Source: an uncultured Klebsiella sp. (GTDB lineage Bacteria > Verrucomicrobiota > Verrucomicrobiia > Limisphaerales > SXTU01). From it: 64,000 nt of DNA. Below the pieces are notes generated by a model. That model saw nothing but the letters and a program-made list of their open reading frames with translations. It had not been told where the DNA came from and did not search any database. How positions within the stretch are numbered: position 1 is the stretch's first letter; each line of letters begins with the position of its first letter. A program made the position numbers and the translations under genes. The DNA is taken from contig CAYZJP010000002.1 in assembly GCA_964478755.1 (NCBI GenBank), positions 9,984-73,983 on the forward strand, written 5' to 3'. Positions 21,116 to 31,396 of the stretch are shown piece after piece.

Positions 21116-24013
21116 CTATTTGGTCAGCGCGCGGAAATAGCGGTCCACCAGCTCCGCATATTCGCCAAGCATGGACTCGGCGGCGATGGCTCCCGACTGG
21201 CGGTTCTCCGATTTCACGTTCTTGATCACGTCAGGCTTGTCCGCCGCGATGGCGACGCCTTCCGCGCCGGGCTTGCCCTGGCCCTGGCCTGACTGCCCGG
21301 TCTGGCTCGCGGCGGCGGCCTGCGAGAGGAAGGTCTCGTTGCCATGCACGTCCATCGTGGGCGCGGCCGACATCACGTAGCCGCCTTTGCCGTCGCCGTC
21401 CAAGCCCGCCAGCCCCATGCCGAAGCCTAGACCCGCGCCGCTGCCGCGACCGAACTTCCGGCTCTGCATCATCTGCTTGAAGCTGTTGCCCGGGTTCCGG
21501 CTGCGCGAGAGCGACAGGCGCTGGTCCATCTCGTTCTGCATCTCGCCGCCCTTCGAGTTGCACTCGCCGAACAGGCTTTCCATCTCGCTGCGCAGCCGGT
21601 CGGCGAGCTGGAAGGACTTGCTGCCCGAACCTGCGAGCATCTGCGACGTGGACTGGCGCGCGAGTGATTCAAGCCGCAGCTCCTCAATTTTGTCCGCAAG
21701 ATCGCGCGCGCTCCCGGCGGCCTTGGGAAACAACTTCTCCGCCTCCTTCGCGTCGTCGCGCAGTCGCCTCTCGACGTTTTCCAACTCCTCGGCCACCTGT
21801 TTTTCGGCAGACGCGAGATCTTTCAGCGCGAGCTGGTCCTCGCGGCTCAACGGCGTGTCGCGGTTGTAGGCGCGAGCGTGCTCGGCGATGGACTCCTGCA
21901 AGTGGAACAACTGCTCGAAGCGGTTGAAGTCCTTGAGCAACTCGTGCATCTGCGCCATCTCGTGCAGTGGCGCGACGACGTCCTCGCGGGCTTCCTTCTC
22001 GGTCGCGCCGAGGCGGGCAAGCTGCTCGTCCGCGGCGCGCTTGAAATCCTCCAGCATCTCCGGCGCGAGCTGACGTCCGCCCGTCGTCGGCGAGCTCTTC
22101 TGTGCGATGTCGGACGCCGCTGCATCCATCTGCTTCGTGGACGAGCGAATCTGCTCGGCCTTCTCCGCGAGCACTTTTTGGAGGTCGGCCTCGATGTCGT
22201 AGAGCGGATCCTTACGGACGAACTTCTCCATGCTGTCGGCGAGCTTGTCCAGTTTACGGTCCAGCTCGTTCTGTTTGGCGAGCAGCTTGTCCAGCTCGGT
22301 CTGCAACGCTTCCTTCTGCTTTGGGTCGCGCGCGGCGGCGAGCTTCTCCTTCAGCGCGTCGGCCTCCTTGCGGAGCTGCTTCTGCGCCTCGGCCTGCTGA
22401 TGAAGCTGGTCGAGCAAGTCCGCGTATTTCGCCTCGATGTCGGTCAGGTCCGTGCGCTGGCGGAGGAACTCGTTGTAGTCCTCCTCGCTGATGACCGTGA
22501 TGCGCACTGGGTCGGAGCGCGCGAAGTTCGGCGTCGGCGCGGTGTCCATCGCCTCGGCGATGAGCGTGACGACTTCGCCGGGCTGCACACCCATCGCCGG
22601 GAAATCCAGCGGCATCACCTCGCGCGCGTGACGCGTGACCTTGTCGTAAGTGATCGTGTGGACGGGGAGGAAGTTCGTGCCGATTGCGCGGTGGATGCGC
22701 AGCAGCTTGATGCCGTAGTCGTCGCTCGCCTCGAACTGCGCCTCCATCTTGTAGTCAATCGAGACGAAGCAATCCTTCGGCGGGTTGACGATGGTCACCT
22801 CGGGCGCGAGGTCCTGCGTGACGGTCAGCGAGCCTTCCCACTTTTCCTCCGACGCGATGCCCGCGACGTCCACGACGCTGAACTTGAGCTGTCCCGAGTC
22901 GTGCGCCTCGAAGACGCCGGTCACTTCGTTCTCGCCGGACTTCGTCATCGCGATGCGCTGCGTCTCGGTCGGGGACTTCGAGAGTTCGAGCACGCCTTCG
23001 CGCAGCGGGCGGTTGGACTGGATGCGAAACGCCACCTTGCTCCCCGTGAGCGCGCGGATGTTCTTGAACTGGTAAGTCCGCTCGTCCGGCGCGAGGCCGG
23101 TGTAGGCGGGCGGCGCGACCTGCACGAAGGCCTTGTCCAGCTTGGGCGTGAGCAGGACGGTGATCGTGCGCTTCTTGCTCAGGCTGTGTTTGTCCTTCGT
23201 GTGCGCGAAGACGACGAGGTCGGTCTGGATGTTTTCAATCTGCTGGAAGTAGCCGTCGCGCGCCTTGTCGAACATCGGCACGGTCACGGCCTTCTCCGGC
23301 TGGCCGGGTGGATGGAACGTGAGCAACACCTCGTCGGGCCGATGGCCGGCGTGTTTCACGCGCACGCCCGCGCCCTGACGGAAGACCACCGGCGCGTCGT
23401 TTGTGGACGGCTCGGTGATTTCCAGGCGCGTGAAGGAGAACGGCGGATGATCGCCAAACGGATCGGCGAAGCGCGGCAGCTCCGCGACCGTGACGCTGTA
23501 GAAACCGCCGAGCACCGCGCCGAAGCCCAGCGCGAACCAGCCGAGCCGCTTCAGCTCGCGGCGGATGCGGTCGGTGCGCGCGACGCGTTCGAGGTTCATC
23601 GCGCCGAGCTGCTCCGCGTAGCCGGTGACGGCGAGCTTGGCGAGGTCGCGCGTGAGCGGGGACTTCGCGGGGTCCGTCGTCTGCGCTTCGAGCTGGAGGA
23701 AGTTGATGAGCTTGGAGCCGAGCGTGGGTTCGCGGTCTTCGAGCAGCCGCGCGGTGTGCTCGGCGGGATTGCGGCAGATGAAGGCGACATACCACGCGGC
23801 CACGAGCAGCGCGAGACCGCCGACCACCCAGCCGCCGATCAACAGCAGCCGCGCGACCGGGCCTAGGTGCAGGAACACGTCGAGCACGAAGGCCGCCACC
23901 AGCGCGCCGAACAGCCACGGCAGCATCCGCAGCAGCAGACCGCCGCCGCGCTCCCGCTGCACGAGGCGGTCGGCAGCGGCAAGGCGCGAGGTGATGGGGG
24001 TTGGGTCACTCAC
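21116..24013 (-). CDS. Large membrane-anchored coiled-coil protein (DUF4175-like) of the MoxR/vWA operon
   Basis: N-terminal TM helices, beta-rich middle ending in A.D....NFARS, long helical coiled coil, C-terminal YAELVDRYF. Confidence 0.65.
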   Translation of the reverse strand: MSDPTPITSRLAAADRLVQRERGGGLLLRMLPWLFGALVAAFVLDVFLHLGPVARLLLIGGWVVGGLALLVAAWYVAFICRNPAEHTARLLEDREPTLGSKLINFLQLEAQTTDPAKSPLTRDLAKLAVTGYAEQLGAMNLERVARTDRIRRELKRLGWFALGFGAVLGGFYSVTVAELPRFADPFGDHPPFSFTRLEITEPSTNDAPVVFRQGAGVRVKHAGHRPDEVLLTFHPPGQPEKAVTVPMFDKARDGYFQQIENIQTDLVVFAHTKDKHSLSKKRTITVLLTPKLDKAFVQVAPPAYTGLAPDERTYQFKNIRALTGSKVAFRIQSNRPLREGVLELSKSPTETQRIAMTKSGENEVTGVFEAHDSGQLKFSVVDVAGIASEEKWEGSLTVTQDLAPEVTIVNPPKDCFVSIDYKMEAQFEASDDYGIKLLRIHRAIGTNFLPVHTITYDKVTRHAREVMPLDFPAMGVQPGEVVTLIAEAMDTAPTPNFARSDPVRITVISEEDYNEFLRQRTDLTDIEAKYADLLDQLHQQAEAQKQLRKEADALKEKLAAARDPKQKEALQTELDKLLAKQNELDRKLDKLADSMEKFVRKDPLYDIEADLQKVLAEKAEQIRSSTKQMDAAASDIAQKSSPTTGGRQLAPEMLEDFKRAADEQLARLGATEKEAREDVVAPLHEMAQMHELLKDFNRFEQLFHLQESIAEHARAYNRDTPLSREDQLALKDLASAEKQVAEELENVERRLRDDAKEAEKLFPKAAGSARDLADKIEELRLESLARQSTSQMLAGSGSKSFQLADRLRSEMESLFGECNSKGGEMQNEMDQRLSLSRSRNPGNSFKQMMQSRKFGRGSGAGLGFGMGLAGLDGDGKGGYVMSAAPTMDVHGNETFLSQAAAASQTGQSGQGQGKPGAEGVAIAADKPDVIKNVKSENRQSGAIAAESMLGEYAELVDRYFRALTK

Positions 24014-24624
24014 GGCCTAACTGGCGTGGAAAATTCGACGAGAGCCTGTCCCGGAATGCGACCACGCTCGCGGATCCGGATGAAGATCTGATTGGTCTTA
24101 GCGTAATCTCTAAGCGGGACGAACAAGGATTCATCATCACGGCACCAGAAGACAACATTGTCAAAAGAGCGGTCGGCTCCGCGCACTTGGCGAAACACAA
24201 CAGGTGAACGGAGTTCTGACCTGTCCGGAACGGGAGCTCTGGTGATGACGGGATTCAAAGGTTGGACAAAACCTGCTGCCGAATGAAGTGACCTATTCCA
24301 CTCTTCAGCGCCCGGAATGAAAACATGCCAGCAGCGCTTACAAATCAGTGACTCGGAGTGGATGGCTGGCGAGCAAATAATGGCGTCATGCCAGACCTGA
24401 AGGTTCTTGTTGACCGCCTGAGTCTTTGGCGCTCGAACTGACCCCACTCTCACAACGGGTCCGCTACAAACGCCACACTTCTTGATGTGATCGCTGGGGG
24501 CCCGCATCGATGCGATTTGCTCTTCGCGCATTCGTCGTGCTTCACGGGATTCCGTCTGACAACTGGTCAGCCCAAGTCCGGCCGCAGCCGCGCAGCTCGC
24601 GAGGATTTGAAGTCTGCTTAACAT
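24010..24624 (-). CDS. Orphan putative lipoprotein with two CxxC motifs
   Basis: ATG 24624, lipobox-like LTSC, CGVC and CKRC; start and stop both overlap neighbouring genes; visibly lower GC than its flanks. Confidence 0.6.
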   Translation of the reverse strand: MLSRLQILASCAAAAGLGLTSCQTESREARRMREEQIASMRAPSDHIKKCGVCSGPVVRVGSVRAPKTQAVNKNLQVWHDAIICSPAIHSESLICKRCWHVFIPGAEEWNRSLHSAAGFVQPLNPVITRAPVPDRSELRSPVVFRQVRGADRSFDNVVFWCRDDESLFVPLRDYAKTNQIFIRIRERGRIPGQALVEFSTPVRP

Positions 24625-26822
24625 AAGCCCCATCGTCTCCGCAGGAACCAGTCGGTGGCGAACAGTAGGCCAATCAGATAGAAAAGCAACGGCTCGTCCC
24701 ACACGCTTCGGATGCGCGTCTTGGGCGTGCTGTCCAGCTTGCCGAGGCGCAGGTCTTGCACGAGCCGCGTCAGCTCGGCGGGGTCGAGCAGACGCCCACC
24801 GCTTTGCGAACAGAGGCGCTTGAGATACGTCACGTCGGTGGCGACCTCGGTCTCCTCCGGGTTGTCGTTGAACACGATGAAGCGCGCCTCCTCCGTCGTG
24901 CCGTCCGGGAAGCGCGCCGCCGCCCGGAACTTGCCGGCCTTCTCCGGCGTGAACTCCGCCGTGAGCCGATGCGGTTCCGCCGGGTCGCTGATGGCGAGGC
25001 TGGTGCGGCTGACCTCGCGCTTGTCGTCGTAGAGCACGATGGGCACCTCGCGGACCTGCGGGTCGGGCAGGCGCATGATGAGGCGGAAGAAAACTTTCTC
25101 GCCGAGCTGGACGTTGCCGGAACTCGCGCGCAGCGAGAACTGCTTGCTCGGCACCACGTCGCGGCCCGCCATGAGCCAGAGCAGCATCTGGTCCCAGAAC
25201 CGGTCGAAGGTCGTGTTCGGGCCTTCGGTCTTCGCGTTGAAGGCCCAGCGCCAGAGGCCGTCCACGCCGACGCTCAAGACCTGCCCGCGTCCGAAACGCC
25301 GGTGGACCATCGCGGGCGTGACTTCGTTCGAGGCGGCTCCCTTCACGGACGCGAGCACGGCGGTGAGCGGCTTCTTCTCCGCGACGCCCCGGCCCGAAAT
25401 CAATTCCGGCATCGCGTCCGTGCCGCCGGCCTGCTCGGCGAGCGAACGGAACGGCGCGAGTGAACGGCCCTCGTTGCCGATTTGCAGGCGCACCTGTTCG
25501 GTGGGCTTGTCGTCCCAAATGACCGGCTCCAAATCATTCTTCGCCAGCTCGCCCGCGAAGGCGCGGCCGCGGCTGAAGATGACCGCACCGCCGAATTCGT
25601 TGACGTAGGTCTGCAACGCTTCGAGATGCCGACGCTGCAACAAGGCGTCCACCGAGCGGCCGAGGATGACGAGGTCGTAGCGGTTGAACTCCTCCGGCGT
25701 GGCCGGGATTTTCAAGTCGTCGGTCGTGGCCCGCTTGCGGATGAGGCGCACGCGCTTGTCGGCGTATTGCACGGCGGAGTCGAGTTCAACCTTGTCGTTC
25801 CGCTGAAGCGATCGTTGGAGAAACGTCGTGTCCCAGTAAGGCGAACCTTCCAGCACGAGCACGCGAATCTGCTGGTCAATGACGTTGAGGAAGGTGATGG
25901 CGCTGTTGTTCGTCGTGTCGGCTTCGCCCGCAAGCGCGACGGCCTGCACTTCATACTCGAACTGCCCCGTGCCCGGCTCCGTGACCTCGAACTCGACTGG
26001 CAACTGCGCGTTCTCGTCCGCGTTGAGTCGGCGCGATTGGACGACTTTGCCCTGTCGCAGGAGCAGGACGTTGATGGTCTCGTGCTCGCAGCCGATGAGC
26101 CGCAGCGACGCGGAGATGCGCGCCTTCTGCTTCACATAGCAATACGGCTGGTAGTTCGTGATGCGCACGGAAACATCCTTCGCCTTGCCTTGTCCGCCGA
26201 ACGGCACGGCGTAGATGGGCGTCTGGCGGGACTTCGCGGCGAGCGCGGTCTTCGCCGGGTTGACCAGCTCGAAGTCGTGGCCGTCGGTGAGCAGCACGAG
26301 CGCCTGCGCGGACTCCGCTGCGCCGGGGGAATTCAACATCGTAAGCACGGAGCGATGAATGCGCGTGGTCGGAGCTTTCGGCAGGATGAGGAGGAACGAC
26401 GCGGTGGCCGAGACGGGCGTGGCGTCCTCGCCGAACTCGAAGAGGCGCGTCTCGGAGTCCTTGGGCTGGCCGTCGCGCGTGATGAGGCCGGAGTCGAACA
26501 ACGCGGCGCGCGCGGCCTCGAAGCGCGTCTGCTTCTGCACGTCCGCCTGCAACATGCTGCGCGAGGTGTCCACGCCGACGAGCAGGACTTGCTTTCCCTG
26601 CGGCGTCGGCACTGGCTCGGTGACGGAAGGTTGCAGAAGCAGCGCGCACACGAGCGCGATGCCCGTGCCGCGCACAAACATGAGAAAAGAATTCCGCCAG
26701 AAGCCAAGGCGCGAGCCGACTTGCCGGTAGGCGAACCATGTGAGCAACGTCAGCGTGACGGCGATGGTGGCGACCGCAGGGATCGGCACAATCGGGTCGA
26801 AGATAAGGTCGTGGATGGTCAT
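24618..26822 (-). CDS. Membrane protein with vWA and class I glutamine-amidotransferase-like domains
   Basis: N-terminal TMs, VGVDTSRSM MIDAS-like motif, LLTDGHD, IRVLVLEGSPYWD, GRGQVLSVG...WRW, C-terminal TM ending RRRWGLC. Confidence 0.75.
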   Translation of the reverse strand: MTIHDLIFDPIVPIPAVATIAVTLTLLTWFAYRQVGSRLGFWRNSFLMFVRGTGIALVCALLLQPSVTEPVPTPQGKQVLLVGVDTSRSMLQADVQKQTRFEAARAALFDSGLITRDGQPKDSETRLFEFGEDATPVSATASFLLILPKAPTTRIHRSVLTMLNSPGAAESAQALVLLTDGHDFELVNPAKTALAAKSRQTPIYAVPFGGQGKAKDVSVRITNYQPYCYVKQKARISASLRLIGCEHETINVLLLRQGKVVQSRRLNADENAQLPVEFEVTEPGTGQFEYEVQAVALAGEADTTNNSAITFLNVIDQQIRVLVLEGSPYWDTTFLQRSLQRNDKVELDSAVQYADKRVRLIRKRATTDDLKIPATPEEFNRYDLVILGRSVDALLQRRHLEALQTYVNEFGGAVIFSRGRAFAGELAKNDLEPVIWDDKPTEQVRLQIGNEGRSLAPFRSLAEQAGGTDAMPELISGRGVAEKKPLTAVLASVKGAASNEVTPAMVHRRFGRGQVLSVGVDGLWRWAFNAKTEGPNTTFDRFWDQMLLWLMAGRDVVPSKQFSLRASSGNVQLGEKVFFRLIMRLPDPQVREVPIVLYDDKREVSRTSLAISDPAEPHRLTAEFTPEKAGKFRAAARFPDGTTEEARFIVFNDNPEETEVATDVTYLKRLCSQSGGRLLDPAELTRLVQDLRLGKLDSTPKTRIRSVWDEPLLFYLIGLLFATDWFLRRRWGLC

Positions 26823-26858
26823 TTGCGATTGCCCGCTCGAGCTGCGGCGAATGGTTTC

Positions 26859-27006
26859 GGGTGGAACGGCCAACTTGGCCGTTCTCGGCGGCAACCTGCC
26901 GCCGAGCTTCGGCACAGTGAACACTCGAGTTGATTGGTGCGCTCTCGGCGCAGCACGAGCGGCGGGCGGGCCGCCCGCCGCAACGGGCCGGTGGCCCGTT
27001 CCACCC
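26859..27006. repeat. 148-bp palindromic MITE/REP-like element, family B (copy 1)
   Basis: TIR GGGTGGAACGG.../...CCGTTCCACCC; four internal hairpins; ungapped match to 37493..37640. Confidence 0.92.
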
Positions 27007-27042
27007 AGGCAACTCCGGCACTATTCCGTTTGAATCGTATGC

Positions 27043-29124
27043 TCATGCCGCGAGCCGTTTGAAGAGGAGTTGCAGGCCGAATTCCAGCGCGAGGAAGGCG
27101 AGCGCGGCGAAGACGAACCAGTGAAAGAGATGTTTGCCTTGCACGAGGTTTTTCAACTCCTCCTGGCCGGAGATGAAGTGCGTCTGCTGGCCGTCCTTCA
27201 TCTGGTCGGGCAGGAGCGACTTGTCCACGGAGCGCAGGTCGGACTCGTCCGCGCTCGCGTTGATGCCGAAGGCGTAGAGCGGCTTCCCGGCGGTGAGCGT
27301 GTAGAAGCCCAGCTCCGTCGGCGTGAACGCGATGCTGCTGCGTTCGCCGAGCGGTTCCTGCCGCACGGGCACTGCGAGGCCGGAAGGCGAGCGGAAGGCG
27401 TTGTTCTGAAGCTCGGTGCGCCACACTTCCGCCTGCACCGTTTCACCGATGACAGAGGAAGCGGGCGCGGCCTCGTGCGTGTCGAGCTGCCGGACCAGCT
27501 CCTGAATCCACGCGGGAAAAATCCGCTGACGCGCAAGGTTGCTCGAGCGTTCGCTGGCCGAGAAGTTCAGCAGCAGCAATGTGCCGAGTCCGTGGTCGCA
27601 TGAAGCCATCGCGGGCGATTCGTCGCCGTAGCTCAGGAGAATGCTGCCCGCGCCGGTCGCGCTGCATTGGTAGAAGTCGTAGAACTCCAGCAGCGCGAGG
27701 TCTTGCCGCGACGCGCCGCGGAACAGCCGGAGGAAGCGCGACTTGAAGTCGCCCTTCACCATCTGCTGCGCGCCGGTGGCGACGTTCTCGACCATGCGCT
27801 TTGAACTGAGCTTGATGGGGACGTTGCCCTTGCCGAGTGCGCTGTCGAGCGTCTGGACATTCTCCGCGTCGTGCAGGCCGTCGAGGAAATAGACCACACC
27901 TCCGCCGCCGAAGAGGAACTTGCCGAGATGCTGCCCGGCCTCGGGAGTGAGCCGCTCGATGCGCGTTAGAAAAACTTTTCGCGCCGACGCGAGCGCGGCG
28001 GGCGTGAGCTGGCGCGACGAAATATGGCGTGGAAGTAGCGAGCCTTGGAGGCGGTCGTAAGGATTGAGCGCGAGCTTGAGGAACTGCACGGCGTCGCGCT
28101 CGGGCTGAGGGTCGTCGGAGACGATGAGCACTTCCTCCTTTTCCAGCACGGGAATCGCGAGGTGATAGTGGTTGTCCTGTTCGAGGCCGTCGGGCGGCAG
28201 ACTGATTTCGCAGACGTGCAAGCCGGGCGCGCCGATGGGCACGGGCAGCGTGACTTTGCCGACGGACCAGGGCGAGAGCGTGACTTCCTTCTCGAAGCTC
28301 ACGCGCTGGTCGAGCACGACCTTGAGCCGCGATTCGAGCGGTCGCGCGGCGAAGTTGCCGACGGTGACATCGAGCGTGACGGTGTCGCCGGCGAGGATTT
28401 GCGACTGGTTGACGGCGGCCTCGAGGATGGCGTGGTTGTCCTTCATCTGCGTGGACACATCCATGAAGAAAAGCCGCGAGGTGGGCGGGAGCTTGGTGAA
28501 GTCCACGTTCGCCCAACTCTTCCGCTGGAAGTCGGACAGAAAATAAACTTCCGCCGGACGGCCGGCTTTCGTAATGAGATGCACGGCGGTGGCGTTCGCT
28601 TGATTGAAGTCCGCGCGCGTGAGGCCGGCGGGCAGGCGGTCGAGAAAGCGCCGCGCCTCGGCGAAGTTCGGCGAGAAGTCCATGAAGCACGAGCTGACCG
28701 GCTGCGCGGCGAGGATGATGTTCACGCGGTCCTCCGCGCCGAGCGTGTCGAGGATTTTGCCGGCCTGCGCGAGCGCGCGGCTGCGGCAGCTCACGCCCTC
28801 GCCGCGATACTCCATGCTCAACGAGTGGTCGAGCACGAGCAGCACATGACGGCCGCCCTTGCGGTGGAGCGCCGCGCCGTAGCGGTCGAGGAACGGTTTG
28901 AGAAACGCCGCGAGCAACGCCGCCAGCGCGAGCGTTCGCACGATGAGCAGAATCCAGTGCCGCAACCGGAAGAGCCGCGAGCTGCGCGCGACGGTTTCCT
29001 TGATGAGCTGGATGGAGGAGAACTGAAACAGCTTCGGGAAGCGCAGGTTAAGCAGGTGAATGATGAGCGGCGCGAACACCAGCGGCAGCAGCGCGGCGAA
29101 CAAGGCTGGGTTCAGAAAAGTCAT
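27043..29124 (-). CDS. BatA-like N-terminal domain + vWA domain membrane protein
   Basis: MTFLNP...PLIIHLL...F.S, LVLDHSLSM, YFLSDFQ, GFYTL...N....ESDL, C-terminal TM. Confidence 0.85.
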   Translation of the reverse strand: MTFLNPALFAALLPLVFAPLIIHLLNLRFPKLFQFSSIQLIKETVARSSRLFRLRHWILLIVRTLALAALLAAFLKPFLDRYGAALHRKGGRHVLLVLDHSLSMEYRGEGVSCRSRALAQAGKILDTLGAEDRVNIILAAQPVSSCFMDFSPNFAEARRFLDRLPAGLTRADFNQANATAVHLITKAGRPAEVYFLSDFQRKSWANVDFTKLPPTSRLFFMDVSTQMKDNHAILEAAVNQSQILAGDTVTLDVTVGNFAARPLESRLKVVLDQRVSFEKEVTLSPWSVGKVTLPVPIGAPGLHVCEISLPPDGLEQDNHYHLAIPVLEKEEVLIVSDDPQPERDAVQFLKLALNPYDRLQGSLLPRHISSRQLTPAALASARKVFLTRIERLTPEAGQHLGKFLFGGGGVVYFLDGLHDAENVQTLDSALGKGNVPIKLSSKRMVENVATGAQQMVKGDFKSRFLRLFRGASRQDLALLEFYDFYQCSATGAGSILLSYGDESPAMASCDHGLGTLLLLNFSASERSSNLARQRIFPAWIQELVRQLDTHEAAPASSVIGETVQAEVWRTELQNNAFRSPSGLAVPVRQEPLGERSSIAFTPTELGFYTLTAGKPLYAFGINASADESDLRSVDKSLLPDQMKDGQQTHFISGQEELKNLVQGKHLFHWFVFAALAFLALEFGLQLLFKRLAA

Positions 29125-29131
29125 GGCCGGC

Positions 29132-30211
29132 TCACTGCGCAAAATACGCGTTGTTTCCGCGGAAGCCCAGATACGCCTCGATGGCCGCCAGATACGGCTC
29201 GCGCGTGTCCACGACGCGATGGTCGATCTGCCGCGCATTCGCGCCGGCGGCGAGGCTCGCGAGGACTTGCTTCATGTTCTGACGGTAGGCCGCGCGGATT
29301 TCCTCCGGGTCCACCTCGACCTCCTCCTGAGTCTCCATGTCCACGAAGCGCGCGACCGCCGCGTCGGGCAAGTTCAGCTCGTCCGGGTCAACGACGTGCA
29401 GCAGTAGGATTTCAAACTTGCGATGGAGAAACTGCCCGAGCACCTCAAACAACTCCTCCGTCGGTGCGAGGAAGTCCGAGAGAATCACCAGCCGGCCGCG
29501 CTTGCGAAAGATGCTGCCGCACTCATGCAGCGAATGCACGAGACCGGTCGTGGACGCGGGCTTCACCGCTTCGAGCTCCGTGACCATGCGGTGCAGGTGC
29601 CGCCGCGTGCCGCCGGGCGGGAGAAACTTCGTGACCTTGTCGGCGAAGAGCGCGAGCGCGGTCTTGTCGCTCTGGCGCATCATGAGGTAGGCGAGCGCGG
29701 CGGCGACCTTTGCGGCGAGTTTGAACTTCGACTGCCGGCCTTCGCCCGCGTAACGCATCGAGGCGCTCGTATCGAGCAGCAGATACACCACCATGTCCGT
29801 CTCCTCCTCGAAGCGCCGCACGATGAGCCGGCGCGTGCGACCGTAGGCGCGCCAGTCCAGCCGGCCCACGTCGTCGCCACGGACGTATTCCTTGTAGTCG
29901 GCGAACTCGGAGGAAGAGCCATAGTAAGGCGAGCGGTGTTTGCCGGTGAAGTAGCCTTCGACCGTGGCCTTGGCGAAGACGAGGAGGTTTTTGAAGCGGG
30001 CAAGTTCTTCGAGCGAGAGCAGCGACTCCTTGAGCTTCGGTGCGGAGGCAGCGCGCTTCACGCGGAAGGCCTCGATCAGCGGTGGGTAGTCTCCACCCGA
30101 AGGCAGCGCAGGAGGCAACGGTGGCGGTGGGATCGGCGGCGGCTTGGAAGAGTTACGTGCCCCGAGCTGGGCCGCGAGAATCTGGGCGCGTGTTTGGGGA
30201 GGTTCAGCCAT
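29132..30211 (-). CDS. DUF58 family protein
   Basis: GKHRS...GSSSEFADYKEYVRGDD...DWRAYGRT, RRFEEET, LDTSASM, VILSDF. Confidence 0.92.
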   Translation of the reverse strand: MAEPPQTRAQILAAQLGARNSSKPPPIPPPPLPPALPSGGDYPPLIEAFRVKRAASAPKLKESLLSLEELARFKNLLVFAKATVEGYFTGKHRSPYYGSSSEFADYKEYVRGDDVGRLDWRAYGRTRRLIVRRFEEETDMVVYLLLDTSASMRYAGEGRQSKFKLAAKVAAALAYLMMRQSDKTALALFADKVTKFLPPGGTRRHLHRMVTELEAVKPASTTGLVHSLHECGSIFRKRGRLVILSDFLAPTEELFEVLGQFLHRKFEILLLHVVDPDELNLPDAAVARFVDMETQEEVEVDPEEIRAAYRQNMKQVLASLAAGANARQIDHRVVDTREPYLAAIEAYLGFRGNNAYFAQ

Positions 30212-30241
30212 GCGCGAAGCGGTTTCAGTTTCTCGCCCGGC

Positions 30242-31225
30242 TCAATACGCCTTCTCCTTCACCGTCTTGAGCAGCTCGCCAATGATCTCCGGCGATTTCT
30301 TGCCAGCGCCGGTCGCGCGGTAGTTGGTGATGACGCGGTGTTGCAGGACCGACAGCGCGACGGCGCGAACGTCGGCGGTCTCGGCGGAGACGCGGCCTTG
30401 AAGCAACGCGAGCGCCTTCGCGCCGAGAATGAGATACTGCGAGGCGCGCGGTCCCGCACCCCACTCGATGAAGTCCCGCGCCTGGCCGGCCGAGCCGTTG
30501 CGCGCCGGCCGCGTGGCCCCGACGAGGTCCACCGCGAACTCGATGACGTGGTCTGACACCGGCGCGGCCCAGACGAGTTGTTGGACTTGCAGAATTTCCT
30601 CGCGCGTCACGCAGGGCATGAGCGTGGGCAACTGGTTCAGTGTCGTGCGCCGGACGATTTCGATTTCCTCGGCCTTCTCCGGGTAGTCGAGGTGGAGCGA
30701 GAACATGAAGCGGTCGAGCTGCGCCTCCGGCAGCGGATACGTGCCCTCCTGCTCGATGGGATTCTGCGTGGCGACGACGAGGAACGGGTCCGGCAACGCG
30801 CGCGAGTGGCCGCCGACGGTGACCTTGCGCTCCTGCATCGCTTCGAGCAGTGCGGACTGGGTCTTGGGAGGCGTTCGGTTGATTTCGTCGGCGAGCAGGA
30901 GGTTCGCGAAGATGGGGCCGGCCTGATACTCGAACTCCAGCCGCCGGTCGCGCTCCTGCAGCAGCTCGGAGCCGATGATGTCCGCCGGCATGAGGTCGGG
31001 CGTGAACTGGACGCGTTTGAAGCTCAGGTGCAGCACATCGGAAAGCGACTTGACCAGCAGCGTCTTGGCGAGGCCGGGCACGCCGACCAGCAGGCAATGC
31101 CCGCGCGCAAACAGGGAAATCAGCAGCAGATCAATGATGCGCTCCTGCCCGACGATGACCCGCCCCAGCTCCTTGGTGAGGCGTCCATGCACTTCCCGCA
31201 CAAACGCTGGTGAGATTTCGCTCAT
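30242..31225 (-). CDS. MoxR-family AAA+ ATPase
   Basis: GVPGLAKT Walker A variant, VQFTPDLMPAD, LLADEINRTPPKTQSALLEAMQE, ATQNPIEQEGTYPLPEAQLDRF. Confidence 0.95.
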   Translation of the reverse strand: MSEISPAFVREVHGRLTKELGRVIVGQERIIDLLLISLFARGHCLLVGVPGLAKTLLVKSLSDVLHLSFKRVQFTPDLMPADIIGSELLQERDRRLEFEYQAGPIFANLLLADEINRTPPKTQSALLEAMQERKVTVGGHSRALPDPFLVVATQNPIEQEGTYPLPEAQLDRFMFSLHLDYPEKAEEIEIVRRTTLNQLPTLMPCVTREEILQVQQLVWAAPVSDHVIEFAVDLVGATRPARNGSAGQARDFIEWGAGPRASQYLILGAKALALLQGRVSAETADVRAVALSVLQHRVITNYRATGAGKKSPEIIGELLKTVKEKAY

Positions 31226-31396
31226 GATGATTCCTCAGGGCCTTTGATTTGCGCGAGCCTACACGGGGCGAGTGCCGCCGCCAGCAAGAACTGACGGATT
31301 CCTCCACAGAAGCCGCGCCCGTTGTCCCGATGGCGGTGAATTCAGGATTGCCAATGCCGGTTGCGCTGGTCATTTTCCGGCCCTTGTTTCGCAGCC

